Assembly: GCA_038150265.1 (NCBI GenBank)
Contig: JAYOTF010000039.1
Coordinates: forward strand, 1-31,503
DNA length: 31,503 nucleotides
Source of the DNA: Deltaproteobacteria bacterium
Lineage (GTDB): Bacteria; SAR324; NAC60-12
Direction of reading: 5' to 3'
The position numbers and the translations under genes are program-made. Each line of letters starts with the position of its first letter. Position 1 is the first letter of the stretch. Below the pieces are notes generated by a model. That model was not told the origin of the DNA. It was given only the letters and a program-made list of their open reading frames with translations, and searched no databases. Shown one piece after another: positions 7,748 through 17,523 of the stretch.

Positions 7748-8440
7748 TCACCGGGGTGACGCTGAGGGCAGCACGAGGGTCCGGGCCAGTTCGTGGTTCG
7801 GAAAGGCGGCCTTGAGCTGCTGCCAGACCACCACCTGCTTGTCCCGCTCCCCGAGGTTCCCGAAGGCAACCCCCAGCTCATAAAGCGCGACAGGCACCAG
7901 CGTGCTGTCCGGATGGTTCTTGATGAGGGTGCCCAGGTAGTACGACGCCTGGCGCTCCTTGCCGGCGAAGAGCAGGGCGTGTCCCAGCGCCGCCAGCAGC
8001 TCCGGAAGCGGAATCTGCGAGGAGGGCTCATTGAGCAGCGAGCGGCTGAGGTCGGCAGCCGCCTCCGGATTCCCCGATTGCAGCAGCAGCATCGCCTGCA
8101 GCATCACGGGCCAGTCTGTTGGAGAAAGCGCTGCCTGCTGCCGCTGCTCCAGCCCTTCAATGCGGGCCTGCAGGTCGGTCTGCGCCGCCTCCAGGTTCTT
8201 CAGGGAACGCATCAGGTTGTCCAGCAGGTCCACCGGAGGCTGCGCGGTTTCCAGCTCCTGAAGCTGCACCGCCTGATTGGCTACCACGCCCTGCAACGAC
8301 CGCAGCCGCTGGCCCTGACGCTCCACCGCCTGCTGCAGGTCCGCCAGCTCATCGGCCCCGACCGGCTGAGCCAGCCCCATGAGGAGGCACCCTCCCAACA
8401 GCCCCAGGCCCTGGGGGATCCGTTTCCACCACCTGCGCAC
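7748..8440 (-). CDS. CpoB/YbgF-like coiled-coil plus TPR periplasmic protein
   Basis: Signal-like N-terminus, Q/L/E-rich coiled coil, TPR-like C-terminus (HPDSTLVPVALYELG...FPNHELA), directly downstream of tolB. Likely GTG start at 8440 (ORF track gives 8455). Confidence 0.7.
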   Translation of the reverse strand: MRRWWKRIPQGLGLLGGCLLMGLAQPVGADELADLQQAVERQGQRLRSLQGVVANQAVQLQELETAQPPVDLLDNLMRSLKNLEAAQTDLQARIEGLEQRQQAALSPTDWPVMLQAMLLLQSGNPEAAADLSRSLLNEPSSQIPLPELLAALGHALLFAGKERQASYYLGTLIKNHPDSTLVPVALYELGVAFGNLGERDKQVVVWQQLKAAFPNHELARTLVLPSASPR

Positions 8441-8442
8441 CG

Positions 8443-9699
8443 TCAGCGGCTCCAAACCGGATTGGTTTCTGCCACCTCCGGAGGGTTCGTGGTGACACGC
8501 ACCAGCCGGCCCCCATAGGCCGAGAGGTAGTAAAGCTTGGGGGTGCCCGTCTTCCGGGAGCTGATGACCAGCTGCTGGCCATTCGGAGACCAGTCGGGCT
8601 TCTCGGAGTCGTACCGCCCAAACGTCAGCTGCTGGTGCTGCTTGCGCTCCAGGTCGTACTTGAAGATCTGGAAGTACCCGCGCTGCTTGCCTTCGTAGGC
8701 GAGCTGCTTGCCATCGGGAGACCAGCGGGGCGAGCTGTTGTAGTGCCCCTTGAAGGTCAGGCGCTCCTGAGTCCGGGTCCGGGGCGTGTAGAGGTAAATC
8801 TGTGGCTCATTGGCCTTGGCCTGATCCGACACGTAGGCGATCCGAGAGCCATCAGGCGACCAGACGGGTGAGGTCTCCAGCCCCTTCCCCGTGATGAGGG
8901 GGCGCAGGGTTCCGGTTTCCAGGTTGTACTGGTAGATGTCGGAATTGCCCTGGTGCACGAGCGTGATGAGCAGGTTCTGCTGGTCAGGGCCCCAGTTGCC
9001 TCCGAGGGGCTGAAACCGCGACGGAAAGGTCAGGATCCGGGCTTGCAGGCGGTGGGCCGGCTGAAGCTGAAGCTGGGCGCTGGAGCGGGTGAAGGTCACG
9101 TAGAGGAGCTGGCTGTTGTCAAACGACCACTGGGCGAGGTTGTTGGTGCCCAGGTTGTAGGAAAAACGCTGCTGGAGGGTGCCATCGTACTGAATGAGCA
9201 TGATGTTCTTGCGACCTCGGTCCGTCTGGGCCGTAAACGCCAACTGCGACCGCGTCACCCCCGGAAAGCCCAGGGTGGTCCGGATGAACAGCTCGGCGGC
9301 TTCCAACCCGAGGTCCCGCAGCTCCTGTTCCGGCTGCTGCAGCCACTCCTGGTCAATCAGAGGCTGCTGGCGCCCCCGCTCCCAGGCGATCATCCGGAGG
9401 AGGCGCGGCTGTGTGGCTTCCACCAGGAGCTTGATGTGAAACGCCGGCCCTGCGGTCCGTTGCAGGTCCTGGGCTTCTGATGCCTCCAGGGTGAAGAACA
9501 TGCTCTGCTCAATGTTGTTCTTGAGCACCGCCTGCAGGTACAGCGCTTCCACCGAGGTGGCCGGTTGCGACTCAATGCCCACCCGGAGGGGACGGAACTT
9601 GGGGTTGGTCACCTCAAAGTAGTCCAGGGCCCAGGCTCCGGCAGGAAGCGCCCAAACCACAGACAGGCAGATGAGGACTTTGAGTAGGCGGCAGATCAC
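8443..9699 (-). CDS. tolB: TolB-like periplasmic beta-propeller protein
   Basis: Signal peptide, divergent N-terminal domain, repeated PD40 motifs (PVWSPDG, PRWSPDG, PDWSPNG, GNSDIY) and terminal PVWS. Confidence 0.85.
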   Translation of the reverse strand: MICRLLKVLICLSVVWALPAGAWALDYFEVTNPKFRPLRVGIESQPATSVEALYLQAVLKNNIEQSMFFTLEASEAQDLQRTAGPAFHIKLLVEATQPRLLRMIAWERGRQQPLIDQEWLQQPEQELRDLGLEAAELFIRTTLGFPGVTRSQLAFTAQTDRGRKNIMLIQYDGTLQQRFSYNLGTNNLAQWSFDNSQLLYVTFTRSSAQLQLQPAHRLQARILTFPSRFQPLGGNWGPDQQNLLITLVHQGNSDIYQYNLETGTLRPLITGKGLETSPVWSPDGSRIAYVSDQAKANEPQIYLYTPRTRTQERLTFKGHYNSSPRWSPDGKQLAYEGKQRGYFQIFKYDLERKQHQQLTFGRYDSEKPDWSPNGQQLVISSRKTGTPKLYYLSAYGGRLVRVTTNPPEVAETNPVWSR

Positions 9700-9710
9700 G
9701 GGGCGTGCGT

Positions 9711-10511
9711 TCAGAAGGCAATTTGGTTGGGACTGAACCGAACCCCAAACGAGTAGGTTGATTCAGGATAGGAATCTGGCAAGGCTGGCAAAAATTGCAA
9801 GCCATTCAGCATCTGTTCCACTGAGCGATCAAAACGCTGATTTCCGGAGGATTCGTCCAGGTGCCACCGGAGCACTTCGCCGCTTTTGCGGATCTCAAAG
9901 CGGGCAGTGGCCCGGAACCGTTGCTCCGCCTGGTGCAGGGGCACAACCCAGCGCTCTTCAAAAAACTGAGAGATGCGCATCCGGTAGATCTGGGCCTCCT
10001 GCTGACTGAGGCGCAGATCGACTTCCTGCTTTTCCTCCTCTTGCTTCTCAAGGTCCACCAGGTCCAGATCGGAAAAAAGCCCCTGAAGCGACTGAGCCAG
10101 CTCCGTTCCCGCTTGAGGCGCGGGCGCTGCCAATGGGCGTTGCCGGGGTGCCGTCACCTCTCCAAGAATGCTCTGCAGGCTGGGCGGAGCGGGGGCAGGT
10201 GCTGGCGGCGGCGGCTCCGGAGGGGGCTCCGGTTCAGGCTCGGGAACTTCCGGCGGCGGCGGGGCCTTTGGACGAGGAGCCGCGCCTGCCAGCAGCACCT
10301 GCGGGGTTTCATCGGGAAGCAAGAGGGGTTCCGTGCGCTCGCGTGCCGACTCCGGAACCAGCGAAAGGCCCATCACCTGCGGGCGCAGGGCAGCCGACGC
10401 GGGAGTGCCTCGCACCTGCAGCAGCCCATAGACCAAAGCGGCGTGGAGGCCAATGGACAGCACGGCAGCGCCTCCATACGGCACCATCTGTCGCCACGTC
10501 CGTTTCACCAC
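9711..10511 (-). CDS. TolA/TonB-family energy transducer
   Basis: TM anchor with SIGLH (SHLS-type), Pro/Glu-rich linker, and C-terminal domain Y..RI....W..P / SSGNQRFDRSV. Located upstream of tolB. Confidence 0.8.
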   Translation of the reverse strand: MVKRTWRQMVPYGGAAVLSIGLHAALVYGLLQVRGTPASAALRPQVMGLSLVPESARERTEPLLLPDETPQVLLAGAAPRPKAPPPPEVPEPEPEPPPEPPPPAPAPAPPSLQSILGEVTAPRQRPLAAPAPQAGTELAQSLQGLFSDLDLVDLEKQEEEKQEVDLRLSQQEAQIYRMRISQFFEERWVVPLHQAEQRFRATARFEIRKSGEVLRWHLDESSGNQRFDRSVEQMLNGLQFLPALPDSYPESTYSFGVRFSPNQIAF

Positions 10512-11329
10512 GAAAGCCGGGAGAAGAGGTTGTGGAAGAAGTAGTTCGGCTCCGGAAACAGCAAGCGGGCCCGCCGGTTCGACTCCCGGATGTGGACCTC
10601 TTCGTCAATGTTCAGCGGAATCTTGTTCTTGCCGTCCACAGACAGGTAGATCTCATGCTCACGCGTGTTGGCCCCCACCTTCAGGCGGATGCGCGAGTCT
10701 CCGGTCACCACGAGCTGCCGGGCCCGGAAGTCGTACTCGTTGAGGCCACTGACGATCATGCAGCGCAGCTCCGGCATGACGATTGGGGACCCTGCGGCCA
10801 GTAGGTAGGCGGTGCTGCCGGTTGCCGTCCCCACGATCACGCCGTCACCCCGGATCGTCCGGATGGGCTGATCGTTGATGTTCAGCTCCACCGTGATGAG
10901 GCGGGTGGCGCCCTTGACCACGATCTCGTTCACCGCAAACGTGGTCCCCTGCGGGTGAATGCACTCCAGCATGGACCGTTCGCTGATGATGTAACGTCCC
11001 TCCAGCAAGCAGGCCAGCACCTCCTTCAGCTCGTCCCGGTCGCCTGCTGTCAGAAACCCCACCGTCCCGTAGTTGATCGCCAGCACCGGGGGAGTGGGGT
11101 AATTCACCAGTGCCGACAGCACCGAGCCGTCTCCTCCGAAGACGATGTTCAGGTCCACCGGGGTCTCGGTTCCGCCACTCCATTCAAGGGGGATGACCTC
11201 AATCCCATGGGGCTGCGCCCACGCCTCCATGTGTGCCAGGAGTTCCGCTTTTTCAGGAGCATTGGTGAAGATGCCAAGGCGCTTCAGGCTCAAGGGAGAG
11301 GCGTCAGAGTGGGACACGAAGGAGTCCAT
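10505..11329 (-). CDS. nadK: NAD kinase
   Basis: Motifs GGDGS, INYGTVGFL, NE and GDGVIVGTATGSTAY. Confidence 0.93.
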   Translation of the reverse strand: MDSFVSHSDASPLSLKRLGIFTNAPEKAELLAHMEAWAQPHGIEVIPLEWSGGTETPVDLNIVFGGDGSVLSALVNYPTPPVLAINYGTVGFLTAGDRDELKEVLACLLEGRYIISERSMLECIHPQGTTFAVNEIVVKGATRLITVELNINDQPIRTIRGDGVIVGTATGSTAYLLAAGSPIVMPELRCMIVSGLNEYDFRARQLVVTGDSRIRLKVGANTREHEIYLSVDGKNKIPLNIDEEVHIRESNRRARLLFPEPNYFFHNLFSRLSW

Positions 11330-11450
11330 GGTTGAAGGGTGGGGCAGCCCGCCATGGGGGCGGGTGCAGGAGTTGATGACCCGTGGTCGCAGGGGCCGCC
11401 GGGAGAACCGGGCGTTTGCTTGCCATTCCCCTGTAAATATGGAACGATTT

Positions 11451-11459
11451 TGCTATGAT
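11451..11459 (+). promoter_or_regulatory. Putative extended -10 promoter element for the ftsH operon
   Basis: TG-C-TATGAT in the AT-rich part of the divergent nadK/ftsH intergenic region, about 115 nt before the ATG. Confidence 0.45.
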
Positions 11460-11574
11460 TTTGGGAAAACAGCAACTGTGCCGAACGCTCCGGATGCAGA
11501 ATCCGGGTTTCAGGAAATTTTCGGTCCCCCTGTGGCGCGGTGGCCTCTAACCTCTTTTTTGAAAACCCCACCCC

Positions 11575-13371
11575 ATGAACTCATTTGTGCGCAACATGGG
11601 CATCTGGCTCGTCATTGGCCTCGTGATGCTCCTGCTCTTCAATGTCGTTGGCAACCGGCCCACGGCCGATCGGCAGATTCCCTTTTCTGATTTCCTCACT
11701 CAGGTCGACTCCGGAGGCATCCTCGAAGTGGTGGTCCGGGGGCAAACCCTGATTGGCCTCAGCGAAAACAACGGGCGCTTCCAGACCCAAACCCCTCACT
11801 ACCCGGAACTGTACCAGATTCTTGATGAAAATCAGGTCCGCATCCGAGTGGAGCCCCCCGACCAGGGAAGCCTCTTCCTCGCGATTCTGAACAGTTGGCT
11901 GCCGATGCTGCTGATCATTGGCATCTGGATCTTCTTCATGCGCCAGATGCAAGGCGGAGGCGGCCGGATGATGAGCTTCGGCAAGGTCCGGACCCGCATG
12001 CTCGAAAAGAAGGACAACCCCATCATGTTCTCGGATGTGCAAGGGGTGGACGAGGCACGTGAGGAGGTTTCGGAAATTGTCGACTTCCTGTCCGATCCCC
12101 AGAAGTTTGAGAAGCTGGGAGGCGAAATTCCGCGAGGCGTGCTGCTGATGGGAGACCCGGGAACCGGAAAGACCCTGCTGGCCAAGGCCATTGCCGGAGA
12201 AGCCGGGGTGCCGTTCTTCAGCATCAGCGGCTCCGACTTTGTCGAGATGTTTGTCGGCGTGGGCGCCAGCCGGGTCCGGGACCTGTTTGAGCAGGGCAAG
12301 AAGCATGCACCCTGCATCATCTTCATTGACGAGATTGATGCGGTGGGGCGGAGCCGAGGCGCCGGACTGGGCGGAGGCAACGATGAGCGCGAGCAGACCC
12401 TCAACCAGCTGCTTGTGGAGATGGATGGCTTTGCGCCCAATGAAGGCATCATCGTCATCGCCGCCACCAACCGTCCGGACGTGCTGGACCCGGCGCTCCT
12501 GCGTCCCGGGCGCTTCGACCGGCACATCATGGTGCCCAAGCCGGACATCCTCGGACGGGCTGCGATCCTCAAGGTGCACACGAAGGAGATCGAAATGGCC
12601 GAAGGCGTGGACCTCCAGGTGATTGCCCGAGGCACCCCCGGCTTCACAGGGGCCGACCTTGCCAACCTCACCAATGAGGCGGCGCTTTGGGCGGCACGGC
12701 AGGGACACGACAAGGTCACGCTTTCTGACTTCGAGTATGCCAAGGACAAGGTCCTCATGGGGGCTGAGCGCCGGAGCATGCTGATCACCGAAGACGAAAA
12801 GAAAACCACCGCCTACCATGAGGCCGGCCATGCCCTCGTCGCAGCGGCCATCAAGGAAGTCGACCCCGTCCACAAGGTCACCATCATTCCACGCGGACGG
12901 GCGCTGGGAGTGACCATGCTCCTCCCGGAAGAAGACCGCCACAGCTACAACCGGCGGGGCCTGCTGGGGCAGATTGCCATGATCATGGGAGGACGCGCCG
13001 CCGAGGACCTGATCTTCAAGCGCTTCACCACCGGCGCCAGTGATGACCTGAAGAAGGCCACCGAGCTGGCCCGCAAGATGATCTGCCAGTGGGGCATGAA
13101 CGAGCAGCTCGGTCCGGTCGCCTACACGGAGGGAGGCCAGATGTTCCTGGGCCGGGACCTCCAGCAGCACCGGAACATCAGCAATGAGACCTCCCGGACC
13201 ATTGACTCTGAAGTCCGCAAGCTGCTCAACGAGTGCTATGAGCGCGCCTGCACCATTCTGAAAACCAACGCCCAGGCGCTGGATCAGGTGGCCGCCAAGC
13301 TCATTGAAAAGGAAACCATTGACGGTGAAGAGGTGGTGCAAATTCTGCAACACTGCAAGGGAGTGGCTTAA
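11575..13371 (+). CDS. ftsH: ATP-dependent zinc metalloprotease FtsH
   Basis: Two TM helices, Walker [18 protein letters not shown], Walker [32 protein letters not shown] and HEAGH. Confidence 0.98.
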   Translation: MNSFVRNMGIWLVIGLVMLLLFNVVGNRPTADRQIPFSDFLTQVDSGGILEVVVRGQTLIGLSENNGRFQTQTPHYPELYQILDENQVRIRVEPPDQGSLFLAILNSWLPMLLIIGIWIFFMRQMQGGGGRMMSFGKVRTRMLEKKDNPIMFSDVQGVDEAREEVSEIVDFLSDPQKFEKLGGEIPRGVLLMGDPGTGKTLLAKAIAGEAGVPFFSISGSDFVEMFVGVGASRVRDLFEQGKKHAPCIIFIDEIDAVGRSRGAGLGGGNDEREQTLNQLLVEMDGFAPNEGIIVIAATNRPDVLDPALLRPGRFDRHIMVPKPDILGRAAILKVHTKEIEMAEGVDLQVIARGTPGFTGADLANLTNEAALWAARQGHDKVTLSDFEYAKDKVLMGAERRSMLITEDEKKTTAYHEAGHALVAAAIKEVDPVHKVTIIPRGRALGVTMLLPEEDRHSYNRRGLLGQIAMIMGGRAAEDLIFKRFTTGASDDLKKATELARKMICQWGMNEQLGPVAYTEGGQMFLGRDLQQHRNISNETSRTIDSEVRKLLNECYERACTILKTNAQALDQVAAKLIEKETIDGEEVVQILQHCKGVA

Positions 13372-13429
13372 TCAGCGTGAATGCGCTTACTTCCTTGCAC
13401 CCGACCGTTGTCGTTTCCGTAGTTACCCT

Positions 13430-14314
13430 GTGGGGTCAGAACTGAGTTTATTTTTTGAAAATGCACAGCTGCGCTGGCAGGACCTCCTGGACATCACGCT
13501 CCTGTCTGTCATTTTCTACCGCATCCTCATCCTCATCAAAGGCACCCGCACGATCCCCATGCTCATGGGGTTCGTGCTCCTCCTTGCCCTCTACCTCGTC
13601 TCCGCCTACCTGGAGCTGGACGCCACCCGGCTGCTGCTGGACAACCTGGCCAGCTCGCTGGTGCTGGTCCTCGTCGTGCTCTTTCAGGCAGACATCCGCA
13701 ACGCCCTGGCGCACATTGGGCTCTTTACGCTGTTCCGGGACAACGACCAGGAGCAACGGACCGCCGTGGAGCAGATCCTCCAGGCGTGTCGGGTGATGGC
13801 CCGCCAGCGCATCGGAGCCCTCATTGTTCTGGAGCGCGAATTGGGACTCCGGAACTACACCGACCGGGGCACCATGCTCAATGCCCAGGTCAGCGAAGGC
13901 TTGCTGCTGAGCATCTTCCACCCCACCTCACCGCTCCACGATGGCGCGGTCCTGATCAGCCGCAAGGGCGAGCTGGTGGCAGCCCAGTGCCTGCTTCCGG
14001 TTTCCATGAACAGCCGCATCAGCTCCATCCTCGGAACCCGACACCGGGCCGCCATCGGCCTGACCGAGGAGACCGACGCCCTTGTCCTGGTCGTCTCTGA
14101 AGAACGCAAGGAGATCAGCATTGCCCAGCGGGGCCAGCTGTTCCGGGGGACTCCGGAGCAGATCCGCAACGGCCTGTTTGAAATGCTCTCCGGACGTCCG
14201 CCTTCCGGGCTGCAAAACAGCTTCCCCCTGGACCGTCCGGATGAAGACGCCACCGACTCGCCCAAGGCTGCTGCCGAGGCGCCGGAAGGCACCCCCGCCC
14301 CGGAGGCCTCATGA
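13430..14314 (+). CDS. cdaA: Diadenylate cyclase CdaA/DacA (c-di-AMP synthase)
   Basis: Three N-terminal TM segments with IKGTR; DAC domain motifs IGALIV, SPLHDGAV, GTRHRAAIG and VVSEE are intact. Probable GTG start at 13430 (the ORF-track start overlaps ftsH). Confidence 0.93.
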   Translation: MGSELSLFFENAQLRWQDLLDITLLSVIFYRILILIKGTRTIPMLMGFVLLLALYLVSAYLELDATRLLLDNLASSLVLVLVVLFQADIRNALAHIGLFTLFRDNDQEQRTAVEQILQACRVMARQRIGALIVLERELGLRNYTDRGTMLNAQVSEGLLLSIFHPTSPLHDGAVLISRKGELVAAQCLLPVSMNSRISSILGTRHRAAIGLTEETDALVLVVSEERKEISIAQRGQLFRGTPEQIRNGLFEMLSGRPPSGLQNSFPLDRPDEDATDSPKAAAEAPEGTPAPEAS

Positions 14315-15255
14315 AGCGGGAAAATCTGCAGTACAAGCTGATTGCCATCGGCATGGCGATCTTTGTGTGGAGCATCGCCAAGCAGGTCGCGGATCCGATC
14401 CAGATGAGCTTCTTCACACCGGTCGCCTTCAAGAACGTGGGTCCGGAGTACCAGGTCACCGCCGACCCGCCTCAGGTCAACATTGCGGTGGAGACCCAAA
14501 GCCGCGGCAGCGTCCTCAACCCCTTGGAAATTCAGGCCATCCTGGACCTGACCAATGCCGTGGAGGGCACCCTGGACTACACCCTGACCGAGGCCAACAT
14601 CCAGGCGCCCAGTCACGTCCGGGTCGCCCGCATCAATCCGGCTCAGGTTCAGCTCACCATTGAAGAGCTCGTCCGCAAGGAGCTGCCGGTCCGGGCCCGG
14701 TACCAGGGACGGGTGGCCAAGGGGTACCTGCTGGATACCGTCACCGTCAGCCCGGAGGTGATCACCGTCCGGGGCACCCGGGCCGAGTTGGAGCGCCTGG
14801 AAGAGGTGATGACCTCTGAGATCGACCTCCGGGGGCTCAAGGAAGACGCCGACTTTACGGTGCAGCTGGACCTTCCCAAACGGAACCTGCAGGTGGTCGA
14901 GCCCAAGGTGGAATCGTTCGTGGCCCATGTCTCGGTCAAGGGGGTGCCCATTAAGAAACGGTTTGACAATGTGCCGATTTACCTTAGAAATACCGCATAC
15001 GTGAGCCTGCTCAACCCGTCCAAGTTCAACGTTTTTGTTGAGGGTCCTGCGAACCTCATCGACACGCTCTCTTCCCAACAGGTCTATGGGGTGGTCGATG
15101 TGAGTCAGTATGACCCCGGGAGCTATAAGGTCATTCCGCAGGTGGTGCTTCCTGAAGAAATTACCTTGTTGCAGCAGTGGCCTACGGTATCCTTATGGGT
15201 GAAGACTGAGCGTCTGACTGAAATGCGGGACGAGTCCCTGCCTGATAACCCCTGA
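14311..15255 (+). CDS. cdaR: CdaR/YbbR-like regulator
   Basis: N-terminal TM (KLIAIGMAIFVW), about three YbbR-like repeats (P..V.V.G, A.lDl, id..g), and ATGA overlap with cdaA. Confidence 0.85.
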   Translation: MKRENLQYKLIAIGMAIFVWSIAKQVADPIQMSFFTPVAFKNVGPEYQVTADPPQVNIAVETQSRGSVLNPLEIQAILDLTNAVEGTLDYTLTEANIQAPSHVRVARINPAQVQLTIEELVRKELPVRARYQGRVAKGYLLDTVTVSPEVITVRGTRAELERLEEVMTSEIDLRGLKEDADFTVQLDLPKRNLQVVEPKVESFVAHVSVKGVPIKKRFDNVPIYLRNTAYVSLLNPSKFNVFVEGPANLIDTLSSQQVYGVVDVSQYDPGSYKVIPQVVLPEEITLLQQWPTVSLWVKTERLTEMRDESLPDNP

Positions 15256-15268
15256 GCCTTGAGGTGTT

Positions 15269-15997
15269 GTGATTTCCTTGCATGTCAACATTGACCACGT
15301 GGCCACCATTCGCCAGGCCCGTCGAGGCAGCGAACCCGACCCGCTCGCCGCAGCGGCGCTGGTTGAGTTGGCCGGAGCCCAGGGCGTGACGGTTCACCTG
15401 CGGGAAGACCGGCGCCACATCATCGACCGAGACGTTCGGCTCCTCCGGGAAACGATCCAGACGGTGATGAACCTGGAGATGGCCGTCACGGAAGAGATGG
15501 TCGAACTAGCGCTGAAGACCCAGCCTGAAGTCGTCACACTGGTTCCGGAGCGCCGCGAGGAAGTCACCACGGAAGGCGGCCTGGAGGTGGTCCGGGCTCC
15601 GGAGCTGCTCCGGACCAGCATTGCCCGGCTCCAGGAGCAGGGCATCCGCGTCAGCCTCTTCATTGACCCAACGATTGACCAGATTGAAGCCAGCCACGCC
15701 AGTGGTGCCACCGACATTGAGCTGCACACCGGAAGCTACGCCAACGCCCGAGGCGCCGCCGTCGAGCAGGAATACGAGCGCCTCCACGCCGCAGCGGTCC
15801 GGGCCCATGAGCTGGGCCTGCAGGTCAATGCCGGACACGGCCTCAACTACCAGAACACGCGTCGCATCTGCGCGCTTCCGCATGTTCATGAGCTGAACAT
15901 CGGTCACAGCATCATCAGCCGAGCCGTCTTCACCGGACTCTCCTCGGCGGTCAGGGACATGCTGGACCTGATCCGTGATGCCACCCCGACGGCATGA
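15269..15997 (+). CDS. pdxJ: Pyridoxine 5'-phosphate synthase
   Basis: Motifs [40 protein letters not shown] and ELNIGH; GAGG RBS. Confidence 0.97.
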   Translation: MISLHVNIDHVATIRQARRGSEPDPLAAAALVELAGAQGVTVHLREDRRHIIDRDVRLLRETIQTVMNLEMAVTEEMVELALKTQPEVVTLVPERREEVTTEGGLEVVRAPELLRTSIARLQEQGIRVSLFIDPTIDQIEASHASGATDIELHTGSYANARGAAVEQEYERLHAAAVRAHELGLQVNAGHGLNYQNTRRICALPHVHELNIGHSIISRAVFTGLSSAVRDMLDLIRDATPTA

Positions 15998-16038
15998 TGC
16001 CGCGGCTTCACCTTTAGCAGGCAAGGGACTGCCCCAAC

Positions 16039-17523
16039 ATGGCGAAAGACATTATCGTCAACTACTCTCCCCACGAAACCCGTGTGGCGGTCATGGAAGG
16101 AGGAATGCTCTGTGAGCTCTTCCATGAACGTGAACGCGAGCAGCGGCTGGTGGGAAACATCTACAAGGGCAAGGTGCTCAAGGTCCTTCCGGGGATGGAG
16201 TCCGCCTTTGTTGACATCGGGGTCGAGCGAGCGGCCTTCCTCTACATTGACGACATCCTCAACCACCGCGAGCTGGTGGACGAAGACGACGAGGACCGCC
16301 CCTCCAAGAAGAAGCAGAAGGAACAGAACATCGAGCAGATCCTCAAGGAAGGGCAGGATGTGCTGGTTCAGGTCTCCAAGGGTCCCATTGGCACCAAAGG
16401 CGCCCGCATCACCAACCACATCTCGCTGCCGGGACGCAACCTCGTCTACATGCCAGCGTCCACCACCCTCGGAGTCTCACGCCAGATTTCCGAAGAGAAG
16501 GAGCGGACGCGCCTGAAGAACCTCGTCAACGAGCTGCGCCCGGAACAGGGAGGCTTCATCATCCGGACCGTGGCCGAGGGCCGGAGCGAGGAAGACCTGC
16601 ACTCCGACATCAACTACCTTGCCTCCCTCTGGGAAGACATCCGCAAGCGCTACCGAGAGACGGAAGCGCCGGCTCTCTTGCACACCGACCTCAATGTCAT
16701 CTTCCGGACGATCCGGGACATGTTCTCCACCGATGTCCGGAGGCTGGTGCTCGACCACAGCACGCGCTACCAGGAAGTTCGGCAGTTCGTCAGGACCTAC
16801 CTGCCCCGTTACGCGTCCATGATTGAGCTGTTTGACCGCGAGTTGCCCATCTTCGACTACTATGGCATCGAAGCCGAGATCGACCGGGCCCTCAGCCAGA
16901 AGGTGTGGCTGCGGTCCGGAGGGTACCTCATCATCGATCAGACGGAGGCCCTCACTGCCATTGATGTCAACACCGGACGCTTTGTCGGCAAGGAAAGCCA
17001 CGAAAAGACGATCCTGCGCACCAACCTGGAGGCCGCAGAGGAGATCGTCTATCAGCTCCAGCTCCGCAACATCGGGGGCATCATCATCATCGACTTCATT
17101 GACATGGAGTCGTCTCAGCACCGGCAGATGGTCTACCAGACCCTCAAGGACCACCTGCGGAACGACAAGGCTCGGAGCAAGATCCTCCAGATCAGTGAGA
17201 TGGGCCTCGTGGAGATGACCCGCAAACGGGATCGGGAAAACCTGAGCCGGTACCTCTGTGATCCCTGCCCCTACTGCGACGGGACGGGGCAGATCAAGTC
17301 GTCCCAGACCGTCTGCTACGAAATCTTCCGGGAGATCCAGCGCAGCTGCCAGGTCAATGGCAAGGGGTCCATTAGCATTTATGTCCATCCGGACGTTCTC
17401 AGCTACCTCCAGGCAGAGGAGCAGGAGGCGCTGCAGGAGCTGGAGCAGGAAATCGGGCAGCCCATTGTCCTCAAGGTCTCCGAGGCGCTGCACCACGAAC
17501 AGTTCGAGGTTTATGAGTACTGA
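16039..17523 (+). CDS. rng: Ribonuclease G (Rne/Rng family)
   Basis: S1 domain GNIYKGKV..VLPG..AFVDIG, KGARIT, TEALTAIDVNTG, GGIIIIDFIDM, GLVEMTRKR and CPYC; length ~494 aa. Confidence 0.93.
   Translation: MAKDIIVNYSPHETRVAVMEGGMLCELFHEREREQRLVGNIYKGKVLKVLPGMESAFVDIGVERAAFLYIDDILNHRELVDEDDEDRPSKKKQKEQNIEQILKEGQDVLVQVSKGPIGTKGARITNHISLPGRNLVYMPASTTLGVSRQISEEKERTRLKNLVNELRPEQGGFIIRTVAEGRSEEDLHSDINYLASLWEDIRKRYRETEAPALLHTDLNVIFRTIRDMFSTDVRRLVLDHSTRYQEVRQFVRTYLPRYASMIELFDRELPIFDYYGIEAEIDRALSQKVWLRSGGYLIIDQTEALTAIDVNTGRFVGKESHEKTILRTNLEAAEEIVYQLQLRNIGGIIIIDFIDMESSQHRQMVYQTLKDHLRNDKARSKILQISEMGLVEMTRKRDRENLSRYLCDPCPYCDGTGQIKSSQTVCYEIFREIQRSCQVNGKGSISIYVHPDVLSYLQAEEQEALQELEQEIGQPIVLKVSEALHHEQFEVYEY

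Noticed and set aside
11581..13353. 590-aa antisense ORF opposite ftsH
   Set aside because: Shadow ORF caused by GC-rich codon bias; no motifs, and the sense strand is clearly FtsH.
17258..17512. N-terminal extension of the IMP cyclohydrolase ORF (similarly 13304-13429, 27307-27504 and 29135-29254)
   Set aside because: These overlap upstream genes or lack family similarity; downstream starts fit the family boundaries better.
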